From NCBI RefSeq assembly GCF_900141935.1, contig NZ_FQYX01000022.1, forward strand, positions 1 through 64,000: a stretch of 64,000 nt of DNA. Direction: 5' to 3'. Of the stretch, positions 50,230-59,772 are shown one piece after another (within the stretch, counting starts at the first letter, position 1; the number at the start of each line of letters is the position of its first letter). Origin of the DNA: Arenibacter nanhaiticus (GTDB taxonomy: Bacteria; Bacteroidota; Bacteroidia; Flavobacteriales; Flavobacteriaceae). The translations under genes were made by a program, and so were the position numbers. The notes beneath the pieces were generated by a model. That model made no database searches. It saw only the letters and a list, made by a program, of their open reading frames with translations, and had not been told where the DNA came from.

Positions 50230-52392
50230 TTGCGGATGAAAACTATATTCACTTCAATGGCCATTTTTGGCTCACTATTATCGGCCTTCGGCCAAGAGAT
50301 TCCCAAAGATTCTTTGGAAGGAGAAAAAATCAGCCTGGACGAGGTATTGGTTTCTGCCGTAAGGGTCACCAAACAAACTCCGGTTACTTTTTCCAATTTA
50401 AGCAAAGAACAGATCAAACCCAGAAACTTAGGACAGGACATCCCCGTATTAATGAACTTCTTGCCTTCGGTGGTGACTACATCAGATGCAGGAGCAGGAG
50501 TAGGGTATACCGGAATTAGGGTTAGAGGGAGCGATGCGACAAGGGTAAACGTTACTATCAACGGTATTCCGTATAACGATTCTGAATCTCATGGTAGCTT
50601 CTGGGTTAATATGCCCGATTTTGCCTCCTCTACAGAAAGTTTGCAATTGCAAAGGGGGGTAGGGACCTCTACCAATGGTTCTGGCGCTTTTGGGGCCAGT
50701 TTAAACATATTGACCGATGCGGTTGCTGAAGAAGGCTATGGCCAGATCTCCTCTTCGGTGGGGAGTTTTAATACCTTAAAAAATAATTTGAAATTTAGTA
50801 CCGGACTCTTGAACGATCAGGTAGAAATCTCCGGGCGTCTGTCAAGGATTACATCCGATGGCTATGTAGACAGGGCTTCATCGGCCTTAAATTCTTATTT
50901 CCTTCAAGGTTCCTTTCAAGATAACAATACCCTTATAAAGGCGCTATTGTTCGGCGGGCACGAAATTACGTATCAGTCCTGGAACGGTATAGATGCAGCT
51001 ACCTTGGAGGACGATCGTACGTATAACTCTGCCGGAGAATATACCGATGAGAATGGAAATACGCAGTACTATGAAAATGAAGTGGATAACTACAAGCAAA
51101 ATCACTTTCAATTACATTGGAACGAAAAAATTGGCAGCGCATGGAATACCAATTTGGCCGTACATTTTACCCGGGGAAGAGGGTATTTTGAACAGTTTAA
51201 GGAAGATGATGACTTTGCTACATATGGGCTAACACCTATAACCGTCGATGGGGAAGAAGTAGATAAAACCGATCTTATTAGAAGACGTTGGTTGAGCAAT
51301 CGCTTTTATGGAACCACTTTTTCGGCCAACTATATAGCAGATAACCTTAATCTGATCCTTGGTGGCGGTTATAACAAATACGAAGGGGACCATTTTGGCG
51401 AAATTATTTGGGCAAAGTACGCCGCAAATAGTAATTATGGAGATAGGTATTACGACAATTCCTCTATTAAAACCGACTTTAATTTCTTTACCAAGGCCAA
51501 CTATCAGCTAACGGATCAATGGAGCCTTTTTGGCGACCTTCAATATAGAACCGTAGGGTATACGGCCAGTAGCGAAGAAATTGGGAGTGTAGACGATACT
51601 TTTAACTTCTTTAATCCTAAAGCCGGAGTTACTTTTGATCTGAACCGCAACAATAACCTGTACTTTTCGTACGCTAGGGCAAATAGAGAGCCAAACAGGA
51701 ACGATTATGAAAGCGATAGCCCGACACCAGAAAAGTTAAACGATTATGAATTGGGGTGGCGTTATATTTCTTACGCCCTTCAGCTAAATGCCAACCTGTA
51801 CTATATGCAGTATAAAGACCAATTGGTGCTTACAGGAGATATTGACGATGTAGGAAGTTTTAAAAGGGCCAATGTGGCTAATAGTTATAGGGCCGGATTA
51901 GAATTGGATGCCAAAATTAAACTTTCCGATAAATTCTCGGTAGCGCCAAATGCTACCCTAAGTACCAATAAAATTAAAGACTTTATACTAGATAGAGACG
52001 GGGAAGTTAAGAATATAGGAAATACCAATATATCCTTTTCACCATCAATAGTGGCAGGAAATATATTTGCCTATGCTCCATCTGAAAACCTAAGCTTTTC
52101 ATTGCTTTCTAAATATGTAGGTGAGCAGTATTTAAGCAATACCGATGATAGGGCTTCCAAGTTAGACGACTATTTTATTAATGACATCAACCTTGTATAC
52201 GAATTGGAGATCGATGGTTTCTTTAAGTCAATTGTGTTTTCTGGTTTGGTGAACAATATTTTGGACATTAAATACGTGTCAAACGGCTATACTTACTTAG
52301 ATACTTGGTCTGGTCCAAATTCTTTTGAAGTACAGGGGTATTACCCACAAGCAGGGATTAATTTCTTATTGGGAGCAAGTGTAAACTTCTAA
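50230..52392 (+). CDS. TonB-dependent outer-membrane receptor under a TPP riboswitch, likely thiamin or thiamin-precursor uptake
   Basis: Signal peptide. Plug plus barrel. C-terminal NF. Confidence 0.8.
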   Translation: MRMKTIFTSMAIFGSLLSAFGQEIPKDSLEGEKISLDEVLVSAVRVTKQTPVTFSNLSKEQIKPRNLGQDIPVLMNFLPSVVTTSDAGAGVGYTGIRVRGSDATRVNVTINGIPYNDSESHGSFWVNMPDFASSTESLQLQRGVGTSTNGSGAFGASLNILTDAVAEEGYGQISSSVGSFNTLKNNLKFSTGLLNDQVEISGRLSRITSDGYVDRASSALNSYFLQGSFQDNNTLIKALLFGGHEITYQSWNGIDAATLEDDRTYNSAGEYTDENGNTQYYENEVDNYKQNHFQLHWNEKIGSAWNTNLAVHFTRGRGYFEQFKEDDDFATYGLTPITVDGEEVDKTDLIRRRWLSNRFYGTTFSANYIADNLNLILGGGYNKYEGDHFGEIIWAKYAANSNYGDRYYDNSSIKTDFNFFTKANYQLTDQWSLFGDLQYRTVGYTASSEEIGSVDDTFNFFNPKAGVTFDLNRNNNLYFSYARANREPNRNDYESDSPTPEKLNDYELGWRYISYALQLNANLYYMQYKDQLVLTGDIDDVGSFKRANVANSYRAGLELDAKIKLSDKFSVAPNATLSTNKIKDFILDRDGEVKNIGNTNISFSPSIVAGNIFAYAPSENLSFSLLSKYVGEQYLSNTDDRASKLDDYFINDINLVYELEIDGFFKSIVFSGLVNNILDIKYVSNGYTYLDTWSGPNSFEVQGYYPQAGINFLLGASVNF

Positions 52393-52543
52393 GAGACTTC
52401 GGGTTTTTATGCCCTGAATTCCTCCTGAGATTATAAGGGAACTAGATATTGAATTAGGGGCGGCACCATATTTTTGATGCCGTCCCTTTTTTGGTTCTTG
52501 GAATCTGTTATTTTTGTTGGTAAACCTATTAGAATAGACCAAC

Positions 52544-53530
52544 ATGGACAAGCTTAAAAACCAAAAGACCATCCGCTGGGGAATCATTGGCTGTGGGGCG
52601 GTGACTGAAGTAAAAAGCGGACCTGCCTATCAGCAAACCGAAGATTTTGAGCTGGTTGCCGTCATGCGTCGCGATGCCGAAAAGGCAAAAGATTATGCCC
52701 GAAGGCATGGCGTTCCTAAATACTATACCAAGGCAGCGGATTTAATAAATGATCCCGAAGTAGATGCGGTCTATATTGCAACACCCCCAGATACCCATAA
52801 GTATTATGCTTTAAAGGTCGCCCAGGCCGGTAAGCCATGTTGTGTAGAAAAACCTATGGCACCATCATATTCCGATAGCCTAGCCATATACAATGCCTTT
52901 GAAGAAAAGTCATTGCCATTGTTTGTAGCTTATTACAGAAGATCCCTGCCTCGCTTTATAAAAATAAAGGAATGGATAAGCCATGGGGAAATTGGGGACA
53001 TCAGACATATCCGCTGGCATTTAAGCAAGCCGGCAAACCAGCTCGACCTAAGTAAAAAATATAATTGGCGTACCGATGGTAAAATAGCTCCCGGAGGCTA
53101 TTTCGACGATTTGGCAAGTCATGGGCTAGACCTGTTTACTTGGTTGTTGGGCGATATAGAAAAAGCCTATGGGATAAGTGTCAACCAACAAGAACTATAT
53201 TCTGCAAAAGATGCCGTTACGGCTTGTTGGCTTCATAAAAATGGAATCACTGGAGAAGGAAGCTGGAATTTTGGAGCAGCAGAACGCCAAGATAAAGTAG
53301 AGATTTTAGGAAGCAAAGGGAAAATACTGTTCTCAGTGTTTCAGGAAGACGCCCAAGAGATGCAAAACGCCCAAGGTACCACCAGGGTATTTGTCGAAAA
53401 CCCGAAGCACATTCAAAAATATCACGTTAAAAATATAAGAGACCATTTAATCGAAGGGAAGACACACCCCTCCCATGGAAGTTCGGCACTGCACAGTAGT
53501 TGGGTAATGGATGAAATTTTAGGGCTCTAG
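52544..53530 (+). CDS. Gfo/Idh/MocA family NAD(P)-dependent oxidoreductase
   Basis: IGCGAVTEV Rossmann motif. EKP motif. Confidence 0.8.
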   Translation: MDKLKNQKTIRWGIIGCGAVTEVKSGPAYQQTEDFELVAVMRRDAEKAKDYARRHGVPKYYTKAADLINDPEVDAVYIATPPDTHKYYALKVAQAGKPCCVEKPMAPSYSDSLAIYNAFEEKSLPLFVAYYRRSLPRFIKIKEWISHGEIGDIRHIRWHLSKPANQLDLSKKYNWRTDGKIAPGGYFDDLASHGLDLFTWLLGDIEKAYGISVNQQELYSAKDAVTACWLHKNGITGEGSWNFGAAERQDKVEILGSKGKILFSVFQEDAQEMQNAQGTTRVFVENPKHIQKYHVKNIRDHLIEGKTHPSHGSSALHSSWVMDEILGL

Positions 53531-53532
53531 AC

Positions 53533-53979
53533 CTAATTAGAAATGATGACCGTGTTGCCACTGTATTGGGCCCTGTATTCCAATAAATCGTAATAACGGT
53601 TGCCGTCCTGTGGCCTATTGGTCATTTGGCCCGTAAACAAACTGTAGGCATACGCCTCACAAGGGCAAGTAGCATTGGTGGCATAAGTGTTTTTTTGGTT
53701 TAAGGTACTGCATTGGTTAGGGACGTGATTAGGACAACTGGCTTCAAAGGCCCTAAAAGTATTGAACCCTACATTGGTTACAAAAACACCGCGGGTACCT
53801 ACCGCCGAGTTGCCGATAAAAACCGAATTACCGGTCGTGGTCAATGGGTTGTATTGGGGCAGATTCAAATTTAGGTCGAACCGAAAAGAAACTTCTTGGA
53901 GATACGGATTTCTGTTCGTGGCATTATTGGAACAGGCCAATATCAATATAAAAAGAATAAGGCTGAAAATACGTTTCAT
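53533..53979 (-). CDS. Hypothetical lipoprotein with a degenerate Rieske-like Cys pattern
   Basis: Lipobox LAC. CPNH...C ... CPCEAYAYSLF resembles Rieske box 2 but lacks the His ligands. Confidence 0.35.
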   Translation of the reverse strand: MKRIFSLILFILILACSNNATNRNPYLQEVSFRFDLNLNLPQYNPLTTTGNSVFIGNSAVGTRGVFVTNVGFNTFRAFEASCPNHVPNQCSTLNQKNTYATNATCPCEAYAYSLFTGQMTNRPQDGNRYYDLLEYRAQYSGNTVIISN

Positions 53980-54092
53980 AAGGCATTGTTGTTTTGAGGA
54001 AACTTACGCAAAGTTGAACAAAATTTGTGTATATTTGTTTTAAATCCTCTTTAAAAAAAAGAGGATTTTCCTATTTATTAAATATAGAACTT

Positions 54093-54566
54093 ATGAGCAA
54101 GGTATCTTATTATACGCCAGAAGGGCTAAAAAAATTAAGGGAGGAATTAAACTACCTTAAAGATGTGGAGAGGCCAAAAGCTTCTCAGGCGATAGCTGAA
54201 GCAAGAGATAAAGGAGATTTGTCAGAGAACGCGGAATACGATGCTGCCAAAGAGGCCCAAGGGCTATTGGAGATGAAAATTTCAAAAATGGAAGAAACCT
54301 TGTCCAATGCCAGATTGATCGATGAGTCGCAATTGGATACCTCTAAAGTATTAGTGTTATCGACCGTAAAGTTGAAGAACTTAAATAACGGTATGGAGAT
54401 GAAGTACACCTTGGTGGCAGAAAGTGAGGCAGATTTAAAAAATGCAAAAATTTCTGTAAGTTCCCCAATTGGCAAAGGCCTTTTAGGGAAAAAGGTAGGT
54501 GAAACAGCCGAAATTACCGTGCCTAACGGCGCCCTAAAATTTGAAGTTTTGGAAATTTCCAGATAA
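54093..54566 (+). CDS. greA: Transcription elongation factor GreA
   Basis: MSKVSYYTPEGLKKLREEL... coiled coil plus FKBP-like C-terminus. Confidence 0.85.
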   Translation: MSKVSYYTPEGLKKLREELNYLKDVERPKASQAIAEARDKGDLSENAEYDAAKEAQGLLEMKISKMEETLSNARLIDESQLDTSKVLVLSTVKLKNLNNGMEMKYTLVAESEADLKNAKISVSSPIGKGLLGKKVGETAEITVPNGALKFEVLEISR

Positions 54567-54730
54567 ATTATATTCTTAGAAGTGTTTTTAAAAGCCTTAA
54601 TTGTTGAAACAATTAAGGCTTTTGCCTTTGTATCCTCTTTGGAGGGATAAATTGTTGCCCTACATTTTTGGCAACTATCGATTGCTTTTATATTTGTAGT
54701 ACCTTATTCAATGAATTTAAATAAGAAAAC

Positions 54731-55120
54731 ATGGCCAGTATATTCACAAAAATTATCAAGGGCGAAATCCCTTCCTATAAAATAGCAGAAGACGAAAAAT
54801 TCTATGCCTTTCTCGATATCAATCCCAATTCTGCCGGGCATACCTTATGTATTCCCAAAATAGAGGTCGATAAAGTACTAGACCTCGATGAGGAAACCTA
54901 TATGGGCTTAATGGCTTTTTCCCGAAAAATAGGAAAGGCTATAGAGGCTGCAATACCATGTAATAGGGTAGGGATTACCGTAATAGGATTAGAGGTCCCA
55001 CACGTTCATGTACACCTAATTCCATTACACAGCATGAAAGACGCTACTTTTCAGCATAAAACGACGCTTTCTAAAGACGACTTTTTGGCAATAGCAGAAA
55101 AAATAAAGGCAAAACTATAG
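54731..55120 (+). CDS. HIT family (histidine triad) protein
   Basis: HVHVHLIP histidine triad. Confidence 0.85.
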   Translation: MASIFTKIIKGEIPSYKIAEDEKFYAFLDINPNSAGHTLCIPKIEVDKVLDLDEETYMGLMAFSRKIGKAIEAAIPCNRVGITVIGLEVPHVHVHLIPLHSMKDATFQHKTTLSKDDFLAIAEKIKAKL

Positions 55121-55124
55121 CCTT

Positions 55125-55466
55125 TTATCTGATATAAAAATAGATGCCAGCAGACATACCGACTATTAAAACTAGCATTAAAGCATAAAATAGTTTGGTA
55201 AATTTAATGGTGGCTTTTTTCGGAGTCACCATTTTTTTATAGTAATCATATACCCTTTCTATATCCTGGGTCCAGGCAATTGGGTAAATGTCGGAACTGC
55301 AAGTGTTGCATTTTATTTCATGCGTAATTTCTTTGGTGCTTTTATCGTAAAAGCTTCCATAAGTATGTTTTTGAAAAAAAGTAAGTTTTAATTCCTGATT
55401 AAAACATTCTGGGCAATTATTAGTTAAATTGGCCTCTTTAACAACCACTAATTTCTCCTTTACCAT
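55125..55466 (-). CDS. Hypothetical small membrane protein with a zinc-ribbon-like CxxC pair
   Basis: CPECF...CNTCSS. C-terminal TM. Confidence 0.3.
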   Translation of the reverse strand: MVKEKLVVVKEANLTNNCPECFNQELKLTFFQKHTYGSFYDKSTKEITHEIKCNTCSSDIYPIAWTQDIERVYDYYKKMVTPKKATIKFTKLFYALMLVLIVGMSAGIYFYIR

Positions 55467-55470
55467 TTTC

Positions 55471-56619
55471 TTACTTGTTAATTTTCAATGCAATCTGCAT
55501 TATGGTTCCTTCTTTGGAGGACGAAAGTACTTTAATTTTTCCTTTATGATATTCTTCGACGATTCTTTTTGCCAAAGAAAGCCCCAAACCCCACCCTCTT
55601 TTCTTGGAAGTTGCTCCGGGGGTAAAAATAGTGGAAAAATTCTTCTTGGGAATACCACTTCCGGTGTCGCTAATTAAAATCCGAACCATATGCCCGTGGG
55701 GAATAATTTCGATAGCAATACTCCCCTTTCCTTTCATCGCGTCTATGCCGTTTTTCACCAAATTTTCGATGGTCCAATTATATAGGGCGCTATTTAACAT
55801 TACTGGCATATGGTCTACCTGAGAGTGAAAGGAAAACTGTATGAATTTAGAACTTCTTAGCCTTAGGTAGTCATAGGCGTTTTTAGTTTCTTCTACGATA
55901 TCGCATTCTTTTAAAATAGGTAAGGATCCTATTTTCGAAAAACGCTCTGTGATAGTTTCCAATCTAAAAATATCTTTATCTATCTCCTTGGCGATTTCCG
56001 GATTTATGTTTTCTGTTTTTAACAGTTCGTTCCATCCTAAAAGAGAAGAAAGGGGCGTCCCTATTTGATGGGCGGTCTCCTTGGCCATTCCTGCCCATAG
56101 TTTGTTTTGCTCAGATGTTTTATTGGTCTTAAAAAGAAAGTAGATAACGGTTCCGAACAAACAAATGATAAGTAATAGGGCAATGGGGTAATATTTTAAC
56201 TTATTGAGTACTTCCGAGTTGCCGTAATAGAGGGTAGCTAGGGTTTCTCCCTTGTAATCTATAGATATGGGTCGGTTCTCATTCCTAAAGGTGGCTATCT
56301 TTTTTCTAATAAGGCTAGTGTCCTTTATAAGGGCCAACGGCATATTGTTTACTTTTATAGAATTGTCCTTGTTCACCAATATCATAGGAGTAGAGGTGTT
56401 GTTCTGGAATATTTTTATATGTAGGTTTCCTGGGTCGGCATCCACGGCTAAGGACAAAAATTCCGATTGGGCCATCGCCCATATTTCCATTTTGTTGCGT
56501 TCTTCTTCCTTGAACTTCTTAAAAAAGCTATTCGTATTCCATAAAATCAAACTAACTATGGCAAAGGATGCGATAAGTAATAATAGGTTTGAGGCTTTAT
56601 GTTTAGGATTAAAATTCAT
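55471..56619 (-). CDS. Sensor histidine kinase, orphan with no adjacent response regulator
   Basis: Two TM segments, then HisKA (HQIGTPLSSLLGW) and HATPase_c. Confidence 0.8.
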   Translation of the reverse strand: MNFNPKHKASNLLLLIASFAIVSLILWNTNSFFKKFKEEERNKMEIWAMAQSEFLSLAVDADPGNLHIKIFQNNTSTPMILVNKDNSIKVNNMPLALIKDTSLIRKKIATFRNENRPISIDYKGETLATLYYGNSEVLNKLKYYPIALLLIICLFGTVIYFLFKTNKTSEQNKLWAGMAKETAHQIGTPLSSLLGWNELLKTENINPEIAKEIDKDIFRLETITERFSKIGSLPILKECDIVEETKNAYDYLRLRSSKFIQFSFHSQVDHMPVMLNSALYNWTIENLVKNGIDAMKGKGSIAIEIIPHGHMVRILISDTGSGIPKKNFSTIFTPGATSKKRGWGLGLSLAKRIVEEYHKGKIKVLSSSKEGTIMQIALKINK

Positions 56620-56727
56620 CCATTATCTAATTTAATTTTAAAGATAACGCAATTAATAGAAACTTATTCTATTTTCATCTGCTCCCTTTTATTTCATTTC
56701 GCTAACAATTTATGTACCTTTGTAGCC

Positions 56728-57618
56728 ATGAAGAAAATGGTTTCCATGCTAGTTTCGGAGCTGTCAACAGCCAAGCTTCATAGTTGTCTTTTAGGAGCTA
56801 TCGGGCCCAGGCCAATTGCTTTTGCCAGTACCATGGATGCCCAAGGCAGACCAAATTTGTCGCCTTTTAGTTTCTTTAATGTGTTTAGTGCCAATCCCCC
56901 GGTATTGATATTTTCTCCTGCCCGTAGGGTGCGCGACAATACGACCAAGCATACCTTGGAAAATGTGTTGGAGACAAAAGAGGTAGTGGTCAATGTGGTG
57001 AACTATAATATGGTTCAGCAAATGTCATTGAGCAGTACAGAGTATCAGGAAGGGGAAAACGAATTTGTAAAAGCCGGACTTACGATGCTAAAGTCAGATA
57101 TTGTAAAGCCATTTAGGGTGGCAGAAGCCCCGGTGCAGTTTGAGTGTAAGGTTACCAAGGTAGAAGCCTTGGGGAAAGATGGTGGCGCTGGGAACCTTAT
57201 CTTTTCAGAAGTCCTTAAAATACATGTCGATCAGGAGGTGTTGGATGAAAATGGAGGGATAGACCAATATAAGATAGACCAAGTAGCCCGTATGGGAGGA
57301 AATTGGTATACGAGGGCCAATGTAGGGATGTTCGAAGTGCCAAAACCAATAAGTAGTTTGGGGATAGGCGTAGATCGGATACCCGAAAGGATACGCCTTA
57401 GTAGTATATTGACAGGAAACGATTTAGGAATGTTGGGGAATATAGAAAAATTACCTACCCCAGAGGAGATACATGCGTTTGTTGACCAGGATTTGGAAGT
57501 AAAAGCCATACTGAGGTCGGGAAATCAGGAAAAAATAGAGCAAAAAGCACAGGCCTTTTTAAAAAAGAATGAAGTTTTTTCGGCATGGAAAGTGTTGTTG
57601 GCCAATACTCTAAAATAG
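56728..57618 (+). CDS. Flavin reductase-like FMN-binding domain protein
   Basis: LGAIGPRPIAFASTMDAQGRPNLSPFSFF is typical of PF01613. Start moved to the ATG at 56728. Confidence 0.6.
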   Translation: MKKMVSMLVSELSTAKLHSCLLGAIGPRPIAFASTMDAQGRPNLSPFSFFNVFSANPPVLIFSPARRVRDNTTKHTLENVLETKEVVVNVVNYNMVQQMSLSSTEYQEGENEFVKAGLTMLKSDIVKPFRVAEAPVQFECKVTKVEALGKDGGAGNLIFSEVLKIHVDQEVLDENGGIDQYKIDQVARMGGNWYTRANVGMFEVPKPISSLGIGVDRIPERIRLSSILTGNDLGMLGNIEKLPTPEEIHAFVDQDLEVKAILRSGNQEKIEQKAQAFLKKNEVFSAWKVLLANTLK

Positions 57619-57787
57619 GGATGCACTAGGGAATCGCCTTGCCTAAAGAAATAACGTAGAGAGGTTTTTAAAGGGCGTTTCTAAGAAGATGTTAAGAAGT
57701 AGAGGAATTTTATTTTGGAGATTCCAATACAAATTGCTTAATATTGACAAAAGGATATATTATAAAATCATACAGATAAATAGCGAA

Positions 57788-58156
57788 ATGGAATTACAGG
57801 GAAAAATTAAGATGATTGATGAAACTAAGACTTTTGGTAACAATGGTTTTAGAAAGAGAGAATTGGTAGTTACTACTGATGAGCAATATCCGCAACATAT
57901 TATGGTGGAATTTGTACAGGATAAATGTGACCTTTTAAACAATTTCGGTATCGGACAAGAAGTAAAGGTTAGTATTAATCTACGTGGAAGGGAATGGGTG
58001 AACCCACAAGGAGAAACAAAATATTTCAACTCTATTCAAGGATGGAGAATTGAAGCGGTTCAGGCAAATGCCAATGCTGGAAATATTCCTCCAATGGATA
58101 CTTTTGAGCCAGCAAACAATTTAAGAGAGGAAGATCACGACGATTTACCTTTCTAA
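57788..58156 (+). CDS. DUF3127-like OB-fold protein with an SSB-type acidic C-terminal tail (DHDDLPF)
   Basis: MELQGKIKMIDE start. NLRGREWVNPQGETKYF parallels SSB GRLKNRQWQGEDGTTRY. It ends ...EEDHDDLPF. Confidence 0.6.
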   Translation: MELQGKIKMIDETKTFGNNGFRKRELVVTTDEQYPQHIMVEFVQDKCDLLNNFGIGQEVKVSINLRGREWVNPQGETKYFNSIQGWRIEAVQANANAGNIPPMDTFEPANNLREEDHDDLPF

Positions 58157-58236
58157 ATAAAACCTTGTTTAAATACCTTTAAAAAAAGGAAATAGGAACT
58201 GCTTTGTGCATTTTCTAAGATCAAACAAAGATGAAA

Positions 58237-58273
58237 AAGACCTATCCAGTTGCTAACTGGATAGGTCTTTTTG
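58237..58273 (+). terminator. Strong rho-independent terminator
   Basis: AGACCTATCCAGTT-GCT-AACTGGATAGGTCT followed by TTTTT. Confidence 0.65.
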
Positions 58274-58364
58274 CTTAAATTTATCTTTTTGCCCTCATTA
58301 AAACAAGCGCAGGGCTTATTGATTTAATAGTATTCCATGAATATTTAAAAAAACAGCTATACAG

Positions 58365-59009
58365 ATGTACTTGCTTACAGACCGTCTACAGTTTCCACCC
58401 GTTGATGATGCCGATGAAGATGGCTTATTGGCAGTAGGAGGCGATTTGTCGCCAGAGCGGTTATTACTCGCCTATCAGAATGGAATTTTTCCGTGGTTTA
58501 ATGAAGATGAGGTGATATTGTGGTGGAGTCCCGATCCCAGAATGGTTCTGTTTCCTGACGAGATTAAGATCTCTAAAAGTATGAAACAAGTGATTAATTC
58601 CGGAAAATTTAAAATTACTTGGAATACCCGTTTTAAGGAAGTGCTAGATCAGTGCGCTTCCATTCCCAGGGCAGGGCAGGGGGGGACTTGGATTACCGAG
58701 AACATGAAGGCCGCATACTGTCTTTTGCATCAAAAAGGAATCGCGAAGTCTATAGAGGTCTGGGAAAATAATAGCCTGGTAGGCGGACTTTACGGAATAG
58801 ATTTAGGAGAGGTCTTTTGCGGTGAGAGTATGTTTAGTAAAAGTAGTAATGCCTCTAAAATTGCTCTTATTTACTTAGCTCAGGAACTACAGCAGAAAAA
58901 TTATAAACTGATAGATTGTCAGGTGTATACCGCCCATCTCGAAAGTCTTGGCGCCAAAGAAATTTCAAGGGAAGAATTTATAGCAATTTTAAAGGGACAG
59001 GAATCCTAA
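58365..59009 (+). CDS. aat: Leucyl/phenylalanyl-tRNA--protein transferase
   Basis: GGLYGIDLGEVFCGESMFS motif. Confidence 0.85.
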   Translation: MYLLTDRLQFPPVDDADEDGLLAVGGDLSPERLLLAYQNGIFPWFNEDEVILWWSPDPRMVLFPDEIKISKSMKQVINSGKFKITWNTRFKEVLDQCASIPRAGQGGTWITENMKAAYCLLHQKGIAKSIEVWENNSLVGGLYGIDLGEVFCGESMFSKSSNASKIALIYLAQELQQKNYKLIDCQVYTAHLESLGAKEISREEFIAILKGQES

Positions 59010-59022
59010 CCAACGATTATTC

Positions 59023-59595
59023 CTAGCCCAAGGATACCTCCTTGTGCCTAAAACAATGAATTTCATGATCGTTTACCATACCGGTGGCCTGCATATGAGC
59101 ATAGATGACCGTACTTCCTACAAACTTAAAACCGCGTTTTTTTAGATCTTTGCTGATGGTGTCTGACAAGGGAGTGGTGGCGGGAGCCTCCTTGTGGCTG
59201 GTTAGATTGTTTTGTATGGGTTTACCATCTACAAAGCCCCATATGTAGTTGCTGAAACTTCCGAACTCCTGCTGTATTTGTATAAAAGCTTGGGCATTGG
59301 TGACCGTGGCCCTTACTTTTAGTTTGTTTCTGACAATACCCGCATCTTGTAATAAATCTGAAATCTTATCCTCTTGGTACAAGGCTATTTTTTGATAATC
59401 AAAATTATCAAATGCCTTTCTAAAATTTTCCCGCTTCCTTAAAATGGTGATCCAACTTAATCCCGCTTGAAAAGTTTCTAAAATTAGGAATTCAAATAGT
59501 GACGCGTCATCCTTTAAGGGAACTCCCCATTCCGTATCGTGGTATTCCTCATAAAGGGCATCGCCTTTACACCAACCACACCTGTGTTTTTCCAT
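59023..59595 (-). CDS. tag: DNA-3-methyladenine glycosylase I
   Basis: CGWC...EYHDTEWG...LILETFQAGLSW. Confidence 0.85.
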   Translation of the reverse strand: MEKHRCGWCKGDALYEEYHDTEWGVPLKDDASLFEFLILETFQAGLSWITILRKRENFRKAFDNFDYQKIALYQEDKISDLLQDAGIVRNKLKVRATVTNAQAFIQIQQEFGSFSNYIWGFVDGKPIQNNLTSHKEAPATTPLSDTISKDLKKRGFKFVGSTVIYAHMQATGMVNDHEIHCFRHKEVSLG

Positions 59596-59772
59596 GGTGA
59601 ACTAGATTTTTAACTAAAGGTATTGTATTTAATTTTTATCAATGTGAATTTTCAAAAAAGAACATACCTGGATGATGTAAAAATATATTTTTCAAAAAAA
59701 GGTATTTTCCCGATTTTATAAAAGGTCTAAGTCAAGTATCTTTGGAGAACTAACTATTGCCAACATAGATAT

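Noticed and set aside
50145-50561. 138-aa minus-strand ORF
   Set aside because: It lies antisense over the TPP riboswitch and the 5' end of the TonB-dependent receptor gene. It has no recognisable domain and is taken as a spurious frame.
54027-54092. N-terminal extension of greA in the 179-aa track ORF
   Set aside because: The extension is MYICFKSSLKKRGFSYLLNIEL, which is not GreA-like. The canonical GreA N-terminus starts at the ATG at 54093.
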